Positions 31,870 through 41,948 of a DNA stretch of 64,000 nucleotides are shown in pieces. Location: positions 1 through 64,000 of IMG/VR virus record IMGVR_UViG_3300017963_000014; one strand, given 5' to 3'. The DNA is from a virus. A program made the position numbers and the translations under genes. The notes under the pieces are model-generated. The model was not told where the DNA came from. It did not search any database and saw only the letters and a program-made list of their open reading frames with translations. The stretch's first letter is position 1, and every line of letters starts with the position of its first letter.

Positions 31870-34389
31870 CTACTCCTTCGGGCCCGAGAGAACCTGCTCG
31901 TCCCAGACCTCGAGGTGATCGAACTCGCAGGTCCGGACTACGGCGTCCCCGAAGTTCCGGAATCGGAAGAACGGGCGAACCCGCTTATCCGCCCACTCCC
32001 CCGCGGCGAGCCCGCCCGGGCGGACGGTCGCGGTAGAGGGAAAGGACATCCCGGTCATCCAGTACTCGACTGAGTTCGTCGAGAGGTCGAGGACGAAGTA
32101 GAAGTCAGCCCAGCCGTCGTCGTCGTTGATTAACCCCGTTAGATCGGGGGGAGCGGCGACGTTCGCGGAGGGGTTCAGGGCGTTCGTAATGCAGTAAAGC
32201 TCCCAGTTCGCGGCCTGTACCCCGGTATTGTTGTTTATCCGGAACCCGACGACGTTGTTCGCCGGAGACCCGGTATAGATCCCGAATTCTAGGTACATAT
32301 ACGTCGAGTCGCCGTGAAGCCGCGCCCGTCCGTAGAACCGGAGCCGACGGAAGACCTCCGGCGGACCCGTTCGCCGTAGAACCGCGAGCGGGGTCGAGCT
32401 CTGCTGAAACCCGTCCCCGTCTGCGATCCCCGCGGTCTCGAGCGCCATTACGTCGCCCTGCGCCTGCATCCCCGCGAGGAACGTATCGTCGTTGAACCCG
32501 TAGTTCCCACCGTTCCCGACGATCGCGGCGGTCCAGTACTCGTTCGGTAGAGTCGCGAGCGGGTTATAGGCGAAGCGCTCTATCCAGCGGTGCGAGTCCG
32601 CGAGCCGGGCGCCCGGCTCGAGGCGCATAACCTCGGCCTCGGAGTCGTGTGTAAAGACGCCCACGATCCGGTGACTCGGTCGCCCGCCGTAGATCGAAGG
32701 GTGCGGCATCGGGCGGACGTTCAGCGCGTACTTGTCCGCGGCGCCCGCGCCGATAACCTGCGTCCGGAAGTCGATCCCTAGCTTCCCGTGGACGTTCTGC
32801 TCCCCCGCGACCGTCCCTAACCACTCCCCGGTCTGGAGCTTCGCCCCCGGTGACCCGGCGGCGGTGAAGAACTCGACGAACGCCGCGTTCAGCGGTTCGG
32901 CGTACCCGGTTACGGGGCTCTTCCGCGCGGTCAGGATCCGGACCCTCCCGGCGTCCCCGAGGGGGAGCACGTTGAAGTCCGCGGCGTTCCCCGCCCCGTC
33001 CTGAAGCGCTACGGTCGTCCCGTTCCAGAACGAGATCTTACTCCCCGGGGGGACGCCCGTCAGGACGTCGCCGCCGGCGACGACGAAGCGGGGGATCACG
33101 ATCCGGACGGTGCAGGTCCCGGCGGGCCAGCCGCCGGGGACCGCGTCGGGGATCGCCCGGAGCGTGAGCGAGTTCGCGGTGAAGGATTCGATCAGGTAGA
33201 GCCCCTGCTGTACGCAGTCCTCGAGGACGACCATGTGGATCTGTGGCGAGATCTGGAGCGACGCCGCGAGGAGGTTTACCGCGCCGCGGGTCAGGTTAAC
33301 GACGTCCGCCCCGGCGAAGGACCCGGGCTCGCCGGAGAGGAGGTCGGTACCGGAGGAGAGCGGCTGGACCGACGCGATAGGAATACCCCGCTCGTTCGAG
33401 AGGAACTGAAGCTGCGCCTGGAACTCTAGCGTCGGGTCGAGGCGAACGAGTCGGCGCTGCCCCCACCACGTGTCGAAGCTCCCCGCCGCGCCGTCCGGGG
33501 TCGTGTCCTCGAGCGCCCCGGCGTCTACCGTTACCCTCCTTCCGCTTCCGTCCGCTCCCGCCGGTCCGCCGTCGTAGGCGAGGTCGCGAGTCGGGTTAAG
33601 TCCGGCGGAGACGTCGATCTGCTGCGACGTGTCGAACGCGCTCGGCTGTACCCCCGCCCCCGCCCCCGTGACGCTCCCGAGGAACGCGAACGGATCGGTT
33701 ACCCGTAGATCCGTGTTCCTCCGGATCGTTACCCCGGTCGCCGCGACCGCGTAGTCGCCGGCCGTCGTCGAGACCGCCCCCTGCCCTAGCGTCCCGACCG
33801 TCGTTACGACGTTCTTTCCGCCGACCCAGGCGACGGTCAGGTCGCGCTCGATCGCTACCGACTCGTCGAGCGTCTTCGGGACGTTCAGCCAGACGGTTAC
33901 CTTCCGCCCCGCGTGCGAGACCCCGACCTCGAAGACGGAGTCGACCTCGAGCTGTATCGTCCCCCCGAGGTCGGTAACGGCGTCCGGAACGCCGGAGACG
34001 CCTACGGAGTCCTCGAGGAGGTCGTAGAACTTCGTGCTTATCCGCGGGTTCGACTGGACGCCGCTCGGGATCAGGCAGTGTCGAGCCCCGACGTAGTACG
34101 TAACCCCGAGCGCGTTCTCGAGATAGATCTGCTCCGCCGCCGCGGCGTCGAGGATCAGGACGTGCCCCTCCCCGTCGAGGAGCTCGACCGGTAGCGTCGA
34201 GACCTTGATCCGATCCGTACCGTCGCCCTGTAGAACCGCCGTCCCGAAGACCCCGCGGCGGGAGCCCCACATCCGACGGGCGTTCTCGAGGATCTGAAGA
34301 AGGAGGTAGTCGAAGAACGTGTCCTTCGCCCGCTGCTGCGGCACGTGCCGCTTGTCTACGAAGTTCGTGCGGTTGTTCCCGGTCGGCAT
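31870..34389 (-). CDS. Tail fibre protein
   Basis: Follows baseplate wedge genes; beta-rich with lectin-like C-terminus. Confidence 0.6.
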   Translation of the reverse strand: MPTGNNRTNFVDKRHVPQQRAKDTFFDYLLLQILENARRMWGSRRGVFGTAVLQGDGTDRIKVSTLPVELLDGEGHVLILDAAAAEQIYLENALGVTYYVGARHCLIPSGVQSNPRISTKFYDLLEDSVGVSGVPDAVTDLGGTIQLEVDSVFEVGVSHAGRKVTVWLNVPKTLDESVAIERDLTVAWVGGKNVVTTVGTLGQGAVSTTAGDYAVAATGVTIRRNTDLRVTDPFAFLGSVTGAGAGVQPSAFDTSQQIDVSAGLNPTRDLAYDGGPAGADGSGRRVTVDAGALEDTTPDGAAGSFDTWWGQRRLVRLDPTLEFQAQLQFLSNERGIPIASVQPLSSGTDLLSGEPGSFAGADVVNLTRGAVNLLAASLQISPQIHMVVLEDCVQQGLYLIESFTANSLTLRAIPDAVPGGWPAGTCTVRIVIPRFVVAGGDVLTGVPPGSKISFWNGTTVALQDGAGNAADFNVLPLGDAGRVRILTARKSPVTGYAEPLNAAFVEFFTAAGSPGAKLQTGEWLGTVAGEQNVHGKLGIDFRTQVIGAGAADKYALNVRPMPHPSIYGGRPSHRIVGVFTHDSEAEVMRLEPGARLADSHRWIERFAYNPLATLPNEYWTAAIVGNGGNYGFNDDTFLAGMQAQGDVMALETAGIADGDGFQQSSTPLAVLRRTGPPEVFRRLRFYGRARLHGDSTYMYLEFGIYTGSPANNVVGFRINNNTGVQAANWELYCITNALNPSANVAAPPDLTGLINDDDGWADFYFVLDLSTNSVEYWMTGMSFPSTATVRPGGLAAGEWADKRVRPFFRFRNFGDAVVRTCEFDHLEVWDEQVLSGPKE

Positions 34390-34407
34390 CTCTAGAGCGT
34401 CCTTTCC

Positions 34408-37164
34408 CTACCGGCTGCTAACCGGCGGTCCGATCCGAACGAGGTCGATCGGCTTCTCCGCGACCTCGACGTAGGTGGAGTTTAGGCGCTGCCCCGCCGC
34501 CGCCGCCAGCCCGAGGCGACCCGACGCGGGGAACGTCCCGGTCGCCTCGACGAGGAGGTTCCCGTCTAGGAAGGCCTGGACCCGATCCCCCTCGACGTCC
34601 GCGTGCAGGATGTACCCTACCCCCGGGTCGAAACCCGGGAGCGAGTACGAGCCTAGCGTCGTCCGAACTCCCCCGACGACCGCGTCGAGGAGGAAGTCCG
34701 CACCGAGCGTCCCGGTCGGGGATAGCCGAAGCGCGAGGAAGTTGTCCTCGTCCGCGAGGTTAAACCGCAGCTCCCCCCACGCCGCGGCCGCCGCGCTCTC
34801 GAGCCGGAGGTCCGCGCGGACGATCGGCTCGGTCCAGGTAACGTCCGCGAGGACGTTCGTCCGGACGAAGCTCTCGGCGCCGGCGTCGTAGAGCTCGACC
34901 TCGCCGGCGACGTAGTCGAAGGAGGCGCCGCCGGACTCGACGACCCAGGGCGACTCCTTGCGGAATCCGTCGAGGAAGGCGACGTAGCGGACGAAGTACC
35001 GCTCGTTCGCCGGGCGGAGCACCGCGACGAGCCCCTCGACGAGGACCCGGTTCACGTCCCGGCCCTGTACCGAGACGTACGACGTGTACTCGCTCGGGTC
35101 CGTCCCCGCGCGGTAGTCGTCGGGGTCGGTCGAGGGCGCGCCGCCCTGGTCCATATCCCCCTCGACGTACGCCGAGAGGTTCCCCTCGACGTCCGCGGTC
35201 CAGGTCCCGTCTTCCGTAGTCCGCGAGGGGAGCGCGAGGATCCGGACGTCCCGCGGGGTCGCGCCGGGAGCGCCGCCGACGAGCTCGAGGTTCTCTAGGA
35301 GCGTCGAGAGGTCGAAGCGGAGGGCGGAGCCGTCCCAGGAGACCGAGTCGGGGCGGGCGGAGGTCGTCATCTCCGGGCGGTCGGTTAGCCAGAGGTCGGC
35401 GCCGCCGACGCCGGTCCAGCCGAGCTCCCACTCCTCGAGGAGGCAGCGGAGGTCGAACCAGTTCTCGACGTTGACCTGCGCGCGGAGCGTCGTCTCTAGC
35501 GCGTACTCGAGACCGTTCTCCGTTCCGCGCCGCTTCCAGAACCGAACCGCGAGGTGAATAAGCGTCCTTAGCTCCCCCTCGTCGAGCCCGGCGACGAGAT
35601 CGTCGTAGCGCGAGGTTAGGCCGACGATCCAGCGGAGGAAGTCGAGCGCCTCCGCCGGCGCCCGCTCCGGGTCCTTAAGGTCGAGGAGGGCGTAGATCCG
35701 GGCGTAGAGCGCGCGCCACTCGACGTCATAGGAGCCGTCGCAGATCCGCTCGACGAGCCTCCCCCCGTCCCGCTGGTCCGCGTCCCGGAGCGACTGGAGG
35801 AGGAAGAGGTAGATCCGGTGCGGGAAGTAGACCTCCCGCTCGACCTCCTCCGCCGCGGGGAGGACCTCGAACGAGATCGAGTCGTCGAGCGTCTCGGAAA
35901 AGACGGTCTTAACGACGTACGCGACCTCGATCGTCGCTCCCGCCTCGAACGGGCGCTCGCGCCGGAGGACGTAGACGAAGCGCTTCGAGGTAACCTCCGT
36001 TACCTCGACGGTCCAGCCCTCGACGCCGGGGGCGCCGCCGGGTCCGAACCAAGCGATCTCGCCGTCGATCGTTATCAGGGTCTCGCCCGGCTCGATATCG
36101 TCGACCTCGCTCTCGAAGTCGAGGAGGATCGGCGCGTTTCCGAGTACCCCGGTATCCGCGTCCTCGGGCGAGGACTCCTTTAGGTAGGGAGGGGGACCCG
36201 CGGCGGAGTAGACCCCGACCGCCGTTACGAGGTTCGCGTCGGGCCAGGTCGGGGAGGACCAGGAGCTTCCGTCGGTCGTCTCGTACCGGACGTTACTCGT
36301 CAGGTTCACGTTCGCGGCGACGACGAGGTTCGCGTCGACCCCTACGATCGTCTCCGCCGGGGAGAGCGGGGAGTTGCCCGCGACGCCCGAGGTGAACTGG
36401 ATCGCCCAGGCGGAGCCGTTCCAGAACGAGACCCGGTCGTTAGAGACGTTCCGGCCGAAGACCCAGATCGCGGAGTCGGAGGCGGCCCAGACCCCGGCGA
36501 GGTCGTTTATCGAGACGGAGCCGCCGACGAGGGACCAGGTCGCGCCGTCGTAGCGGACCACGCGACCGATACCGTCGGCCTGGGAGGTCCAGGCGAGGTA
36601 GAGGACGCCGCCTAGCGCCCAGGCGTCGACGACGTAGCGGAACCCGACCGTGAGCCCGATCGCGGTCGCCATCTCCGAGAAGCGGTTCGACCAGCTCGAA
36701 CCGTCGTCGTTCGAGTAGTAGAGGTTTAGCCCGGCCTGGTCCGTTACCCAGAGCTCGCCCGCGGCCGTAACCGCGACGTGCCCGTTTACCGTCGCGCTCG
36801 GGAGGTCGGTTAGACCGGCCCAGACGCTTCCGTTGAACTTGTCGACCTTCGCCCCCCGAACGGCGTAGACCGCGTTAGCGGCGAAGGCGAACGCGTTCGC
36901 CTGGGGGCCCGTAACGCCCGCCGTCGCCTTGTACGCCCAGGTCCCGGGGGAGCCGGGCGTGAAGTGACACCACTCGCTCCCGGCGTTCCCGCGCCAGCAG
37001 ATTATCCCGCCGCCGGGAACCCCTACGAGCGCGTCGCCCGCGGTCGAGGGACCGAACGCGGGCTGCGGGGAGAAGACCTTCCAGGGCGGGGCGACGCCGG
37101 GGTCCCGCTCGTAGAGGACCTTCGACGGGCCGGAGATCGCTATCGGTCGGTAGGCGGGCGACAT
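34408..37164 (-). CDS. Multidomain baseplate wedge protein containing a P2 gpI-like domain
   Basis: DPERAPAEALDFLRWIVG...AVRFWKRRGTENGL; N-terminal WD/BNR-like repeats; C-terminal SGRLGL lectin-like domain. Confidence 0.7.
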   Translation of the reverse strand: MSPAYRPIAISGPSKVLYERDPGVAPPWKVFSPQPAFGPSTAGDALVGVPGGGIICWRGNAGSEWCHFTPGSPGTWAYKATAGVTGPQANAFAFAANAVYAVRGAKVDKFNGSVWAGLTDLPSATVNGHVAVTAAGELWVTDQAGLNLYYSNDDGSSWSNRFSEMATAIGLTVGFRYVVDAWALGGVLYLAWTSQADGIGRVVRYDGATWSLVGGSVSINDLAGVWAASDSAIWVFGRNVSNDRVSFWNGSAWAIQFTSGVAGNSPLSPAETIVGVDANLVVAANVNLTSNVRYETTDGSSWSSPTWPDANLVTAVGVYSAAGPPPYLKESSPEDADTGVLGNAPILLDFESEVDDIEPGETLITIDGEIAWFGPGGAPGVEGWTVEVTEVTSKRFVYVLRRERPFEAGATIEVAYVVKTVFSETLDDSISFEVLPAAEEVEREVYFPHRIYLFLLQSLRDADQRDGGRLVERICDGSYDVEWRALYARIYALLDLKDPERAPAEALDFLRWIVGLTSRYDDLVAGLDEGELRTLIHLAVRFWKRRGTENGLEYALETTLRAQVNVENWFDLRCLLEEWELGWTGVGGADLWLTDRPEMTTSARPDSVSWDGSALRFDLSTLLENLELVGGAPGATPRDVRILALPSRTTEDGTWTADVEGNLSAYVEGDMDQGGAPSTDPDDYRAGTDPSEYTSYVSVQGRDVNRVLVEGLVAVLRPANERYFVRYVAFLDGFRKESPWVVESGGASFDYVAGEVELYDAGAESFVRTNVLADVTWTEPIVRADLRLESAAAAAWGELRFNLADEDNFLALRLSPTGTLGADFLLDAVVGGVRTTLGSYSLPGFDPGVGYILHADVEGDRVQAFLDGNLLVEATGTFPASGRLGLAAAAGQRLNSTYVEVAEKPIDLVRIGPPVSSR

Positions 37165-37174
37165 TCCGGGGCTC

Positions 37175-39634
37175 CTACGCGCTCGGCGGGACGATCGTTA
37201 TAACGAACGACCCGGAGTCGGGGAAGGGGAGCTCGTCCTCGAGGAGCTCGACGTCGCTCGCGGGCGAGAGGACGTCGACGTCGAAGACGTTCCCGGGCGA
37301 GATCGCGAAGACCTCGGCCGAGATCCGCGAGAGCGGGACCCGTCCGCCGAAGCGCCAGACGTACTTAACCCCGCCCTTCCCGTCGGACTCGAGCGCGGTC
37401 GGGTTGAGGAACGCGACGAGACGAGTAATAACGAGCGCCTCGGTAAGCTCCGCCGTCGCCTCGATCGCGATCGTCGGTCCGAGTAGCCGCGGCGAGAAGT
37501 TATCTACCGTTACCTCCGCGTTAGCGCCGCCGACCCCTCCCTCGCCCGTTACGGGGTCGCCGTTGAAGTACTCCTCGAGCTCCGCCTTGTCCTCGGCCGA
37601 GATCAGGACCCCGTTCGTCCCGACGACGACGAGTCGAATCGTCTTCGGTCCGTAGCCCTCCTCGACCGCCTTCGCCCGGACGACCGGGCGGGAGCCGCGG
37701 GAGTTCGTCCAGGCCACCGCTAGCGTCTCGTACTCGTCCGGGGCGCACGCCGTCCGGCCGGTCCGGAGCGACGCCGGACCGGCCTCCTTAACGAGCGCGA
37801 GCGACTCCTCGTCCGCGCCCTCGGCGATCTTCCAGCCCGAGGCGGGGCGGGGGTTCGTTACGGAGGCGATCAGGGAGCCTCCGTCGGAGTTGACGACGAC
37901 CGTGTTCGCCCCAACGTTCCCGTCGTTCGCGGCCTCGACCCGGTACTCGAACCGGATGTTATCCGTCCCGAGCGGCGGGACTCTCCCGCGCTCCCCGTCC
38001 CCGAAGGCGACCGTTAGGACCCCGCGCGAGTCCTGATCGACGACGAAGTGCCGGTCCGTCGAGCCGGAGGTCAGGAGTCGCTCGTCGAGCGCCGTTAGGT
38101 TCTCCCACTCGACCTCGCCCCCGCCCTCGTCGACCCAGACCCGGACGGTGTTCCGGAGCCCGGGCGAGACCCCGAGCTCGAACCGCTGACTCGGCCTCCC
38201 GTTCGAGCTCCGGAGGTCCTCCGTGTCGACCGTCCGCCCCTGTACCCCCGTCTCCAGTACGTACTGTGACCCCCCGTCGATTATCGCACGATCTAAGATC
38301 GGCGCGGTCGGGGTAGAGACCGAGACGAGGCGGTAGCGGATGAAGAACCCGCTCGAACCGTTTACCTCGAGCGGTTGCCAGTTCTCGCGAAGCCCCTGCG
38401 GTAGCTCGTACTCGACCGATCCGTCGGCGGAGAGGTCGGAGGTCCCGTCGACGAGCTCGGGGAGGGGGTTCCAGTCGGTACCGACGACGTAGTCCGCTAC
38501 GTCGAACGAGGGTGTCCCGGTCTGCCCGAGGAACGCCGTAACGTCGAGGACGTTCTTCCCCCCGACGAAGCTCGAGGGGAGGAGCTCGGAGATCCCGGTC
38601 GGGAGGTACCGCGCGCGGACGAGCGCGCCGCTCCGGTCGGGGGTCCCGAGAAGGGACGAGAGGTCGAAGCGGAGGAACCCGCCCTCGTCCGTGACCGCGT
38701 CCGGGTTCTCGTCCTCCTCGTCCGGGTCGTAGTACTCCCAGACCCCGGAGATCCCGGCCCCGACGGTGTCGAACGTCAGGTCGAGCGGGGTCCAGAGGAC
38801 CCAGAAGCTACCGACGTAGAGCTTATCCCCCGCCTCCGGGTCCGCCCAGGGCGTGAAGTCCGGCGCGCCCGCGGTGTTTAACGCGGTCGAGCCGTCGGCG
38901 GTGTACGCTCGGATCCGCCAGGTCAGGTTCGTCTCCGGCGCGAAGAGCGGGTCCGGGTTCCCGAGCGTCCCCGCGAGCTTTACCCGCGATACCGCGCCGC
39001 TCGCGAGGATCGCCGCGAGTCGGAAGACCCCACCGTTCCCGTAGATCGAGTCCTCTACCTCGACCTCCTTCCCGATATCCCCGACGGTTACCGCCATCGA
39101 CGTCGACTGGAGCGCCGTCGGGTCCTCGAGAACGGTCTCCCCGTCCGTCCCCGAGCGGTCGAGCTCGAGCCCGAAGGCGGCGTCGACTACGTTCGAGGGA
39201 CCGACGTAGGACTCCTCGAGTACCTCGAACGGGACCGGCTCCGCGTCCTCGGTCCGTCGGGTCTCGAAGAGCGCCGCCGCCTCGTGCAGTTGCTCCGACG
39301 CCCCCGGAACCCGCGAGAGCTCGAGGAGGAGTTCGACGGTCGCGGGCGAGTAGTCCTTGATGTAGTAGTCGATCAGCCGGAGGAGGAGCCGGACCGAGTC
39401 CTGGAGGTGCGCCGTCGGTACGTACCCCTCCTGCGCGACGAGGTCGAGTAGGACGTTGTTGTAGTGCCCGACGAGCGCGTAGCTTCGCTCCCCCTGGATG
39501 AAGGGCTCCTCCTCGACCTCGGACGTGATCTCGGGCGCGTTAACCCGGTTGAAGAGCCGGAGCCTCCGGAGGAGGTCGGCGTAATACGTACCCGAAAACT
39601 CGTAATCCGGTACCACTATTCTGGTGCTAGCCAT
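37175..39634 (-). CDS. Baseplate J-like wedge protein
   Basis: SNGRPSQRF.L, V.FGDGERGRVP, GNVGANT, VTNP..A.G...E, TAC..DEYE.LA. Confidence 0.88.
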   Translation of the reverse strand: MASTRIVVPDYEFSGTYYADLLRRLRLFNRVNAPEITSEVEEEPFIQGERSYALVGHYNNVLLDLVAQEGYVPTAHLQDSVRLLLRLIDYYIKDYSPATVELLLELSRVPGASEQLHEAAALFETRRTEDAEPVPFEVLEESYVGPSNVVDAAFGLELDRSGTDGETVLEDPTALQSTSMAVTVGDIGKEVEVEDSIYGNGGVFRLAAILASGAVSRVKLAGTLGNPDPLFAPETNLTWRIRAYTADGSTALNTAGAPDFTPWADPEAGDKLYVGSFWVLWTPLDLTFDTVGAGISGVWEYYDPDEEDENPDAVTDEGGFLRFDLSSLLGTPDRSGALVRARYLPTGISELLPSSFVGGKNVLDVTAFLGQTGTPSFDVADYVVGTDWNPLPELVDGTSDLSADGSVEYELPQGLRENWQPLEVNGSSGFFIRYRLVSVSTPTAPILDRAIIDGGSQYVLETGVQGRTVDTEDLRSSNGRPSQRFELGVSPGLRNTVRVWVDEGGGEVEWENLTALDERLLTSGSTDRHFVVDQDSRGVLTVAFGDGERGRVPPLGTDNIRFEYRVEAANDGNVGANTVVVNSDGGSLIASVTNPRPASGWKIAEGADEESLALVKEAGPASLRTGRTACAPDEYETLAVAWTNSRGSRPVVRAKAVEEGYGPKTIRLVVVGTNGVLISAEDKAELEEYFNGDPVTGEGGVGGANAEVTVDNFSPRLLGPTIAIEATAELTEALVITRLVAFLNPTALESDGKGGVKYVWRFGGRVPLSRISAEVFAISPGNVFDVDVLSPASDVELLEDELPFPDSGSFVITIVPPSA

Positions 39635-39650
39635 CTCTCGGTCCGTCCTC

Positions 39651-40061
39651 TCAGCCGCTACGCGGGCTAGTCCGGTTCGAGTCGACGAGGTTCCCCTCGA
39701 ACTCCCGCTCCTCGTCCGCCTCGAGGTCGACGTAGCGGACGTTCGCGATCAGCTCCTCGCCCTCCGCCCGCGTTTCGATCCCCCGCTCCGGGTCGAGTCG
39801 CGCGATCCCGGCCGCGCGGATCCGACGAAAGAAGCGCGTAACGTCCCTCCGGGCGGTCGAGGCGGCGGCGGAGGAGTTCACCTTGAAGATCGTCCGCTCC
39901 GAGACCCCGACGTCGACGCCGTCGCCGCGGAGGAACGGGTTCTGCGATAGGTTCGGGGTCAACCCCGTTCGGATCGTCTGGTCCGTGTACGGCGTCCCCT
40001 GGATAAGGACCGCGCCGCCGCGGCGGTTGACTCTTACGGGTACGGCGAAGCCTCGGGCCAT
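39651..40061 (-). CDS. gp25/gpW-like baseplate protein
   Basis: Size and position between spike and J; G.AVP N-terminus. Confidence 0.6.
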   Translation of the reverse strand: MARGFAVPVRVNRRGGAVLIQGTPYTDQTIRTGLTPNLSQNPFLRGDGVDVGVSERTIFKVNSSAAASTARRDVTRFFRRIRAAGIARLDPERGIETRAEGEELIANVRYVDLEADEEREFEGNLVDSNRTSPRSG

Positions 40062-40068
40062 CGTCTCT

Positions 40069-40737
40069 CTACTCCGTCTTGACCCGCGTCGAGAGCCAGC
40101 TCGACGCGGCGTTCCGAAGGGCGGTTACCGCCGGTTTGTAGGCGGTCCAGGCGTTCACGAGGTCCGTGAACCCGACGTTAAGCGGGAGGAGGGGGGGAGC
40201 GCCGCTCGCGGTCACCAGCTTCCCGAGTCCTATGAGGATGTCCGTCGCGAGCGTCTCCTCCGCCGCGAGGTAGGCGTCGAGCGCGGAGTTCAGCGTGTCG
40301 CCCCGGACGACCGGGTGCGTCGCCTCCTCTAAACCGAGCCGGAGGGCGGCGGAGACGAGCGCGGTGAGCGCCTTCGCCCGGTCCTGGAGGAAGACCTCCG
40401 CCCCGAACTTCACCCCGCCGCGGCTCGTCGGGTCGCTCCGGAACTCCGCCGGGATCGGGTCCCGGTCCGTGTAGCGGAAGCCCGTTACCCGGGCGTCGAT
40501 CTCCTCCGTCCCCCGCTCGGGGTCGGCCTCGACCTCGAGGACCGCGAGCGCGTCCTCGTTCGGGGGGTAGTAGAAGCCCTCGCCGCCGCCGGCGAAGGGG
40601 AAGTCGACGGGGAACCAGGCGTCGTCGCCCTCTAGCGGGACTCCCTCTACGAGGGTCCCGGCCTCGACCCGCGCCCGACCCTGCCGCTCCGGGTCCGCGG
40701 CGGAGACGACCCGCGCGAAGTGCTTCTCCGGCCTCAT
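40069..40737 (-). CDS. Baseplate spike gpV/gp5 OB-fold protein
   Basis: ARVV...DPERQGRARV, W.PV..PFAGGG.G.Y.PP. Confidence 0.8.
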   Translation of the reverse strand: MRPEKHFARVVSAADPERQGRARVEAGTLVEGVPLEGDDAWFPVDFPFAGGGEGFYYPPNEDALAVLEVEADPERGTEEIDARVTGFRYTDRDPIPAEFRSDPTSRGGVKFGAEVFLQDRAKALTALVSAALRLGLEEATHPVVRGDTLNSALDAYLAAEETLATDILIGLGKLVTASGAPPLLPLNVGFTDLVNAWTAYKPAVTALRNAASSWLSTRVKTE

Positions 40738-41942
40738 TACTGCTCGGCCTCCTCCCCCCGGACCGCCGAGGTGTTCTCGGGCGAGCCGAGGACGCTCCGA
40801 AGGACCCGCTTCCGCGCGTCGAACCGGACCTCGTAGAGGCTCCGGGCTTGCTGCTTGTGAACGACCCGCCGCAGTACCCAGTCCCCGGAGTACCGGGGTC
40901 CGAGCCCCTCGAAGTCGTGGATCTGCCCCCGCCGGAGGTCGGGCGAGCCGACGATAACGCCGGAGCCCGAGACGAACTCGCGCTCGCGCGCGGAGTACCA
41001 GGCGGCGGCCCAGCGCTTCGCCTCCGCGGTAGAGCGGAAGGCGAGCCCGGCGACCGCCTCCTCCCGCTGCCCGTGCGTCGTGACCGTGACCGCCGGCCCG
41101 TTCGGGATCTTCTCCTGGAGCCTCTCGAGCCCGATCGCCGCGTTGAACCCCGTCCGCTCCGCCTCCTTGCTCCGGACCTTAACCGTGACGCGGTGCAGCT
41201 TCCTCGTCTTCGGGTCGGTCCAGGAGACCTCGAGCTCCGTCGTCTGCGACGATATCGAGGTCCGCGGCGAGAACTCGAGGAGCGTCGCGTCCGCCTCGCC
41301 GGTCCCGTAGACGAAGCGGCGCCGCTCCTCCTGCCCCTGCGCATCCGGCGGTCCGAAGTAGCCGATCCAGGCCCGCTGCTCCGTGTCCCAGTAGACCTGG
41401 ACGACGAAGTCGTGCAGCTTCGCGAGCCGACGGAGAAACTCCCAGCGGTTCGTCCCCTTCTTCCGCGTCCGCGTCTGGAGCCGCTTCGTCCGGTAGACGA
41501 ACGGGACGACCCCGGCGGAGCGGAAGACGGCGGAGGCGATATCCGAGTCCGTCTGCCTCGAGTAGCTCTTCCCGCGGTCGCGGCCGGGGACGGTCATCAG
41601 GTCGAAGGAGGCGTCGACCGCGACGACGCGGAGGTTCGGGATACCGCCCCGGGGGAAGCTCGGCTCGGGGGCGACGATGAAGCCACGGTTCATAAAGCGG
41701 AGCGGCTTCCCGGCGTAGCCCATCCAGAGGTCGAGTTCGTTACCCTCCGCGAATACCCTCTCGTCGAGGAAGCGGAAGTCGACGTTGTTTACGTCGATCG
41801 AGATCTTACTCGCCACGTTCTCCCCCTCCTCGTACTCGACGCGCGAGACGAAGGAGGTTACGTCCTCGCCGAGACCCTTCCCCTCGACCGAGAGGAGGAA
41901 GCGGGGGGCGAGTAGGTCGGTGTTCGGGGCGAAGGACGGCAT
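40737..41942 (-). CDS. Baseplate hub, late control gpD-like
   Basis: TDSDIA, NRWEFLRRLA, GSPDLRRG....EGLGPRYSG.W....V.H. Confidence 0.85.
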   Translation of the reverse strand: MPSFAPNTDLLAPRFLLSVEGKGLGEDVTSFVSRVEYEEGENVASKISIDVNNVDFRFLDERVFAEGNELDLWMGYAGKPLRFMNRGFIVAPEPSFPRGGIPNLRVVAVDASFDLMTVPGRDRGKSYSRQTDSDIASAVFRSAGVVPFVYRTKRLQTRTRKKGTNRWEFLRRLAKLHDFVVQVYWDTEQRAWIGYFGPPDAQGQEERRRFVYGTGEADATLLEFSPRTSISSQTTELEVSWTDPKTRKLHRVTVKVRSKEAERTGFNAAIGLERLQEKIPNGPAVTVTTHGQREEAVAGLAFRSTAEAKRWAAAWYSAREREFVSGSGVIVGSPDLRRGQIHDFEGLGPRYSGDWVLRRVVHKQQARSLYEVRFDARKRVLRSVLGSPENTSAVRGEEAEQ

Positions 41943-41948
41943 CTCGCG

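Noticed and set aside
28320-37164. Diversity-generating retroelement or invertible fibre cassette
   Set aside because: No reverse transcriptase, TR/VR pair or inverted repeats were seen around the fibre genes.
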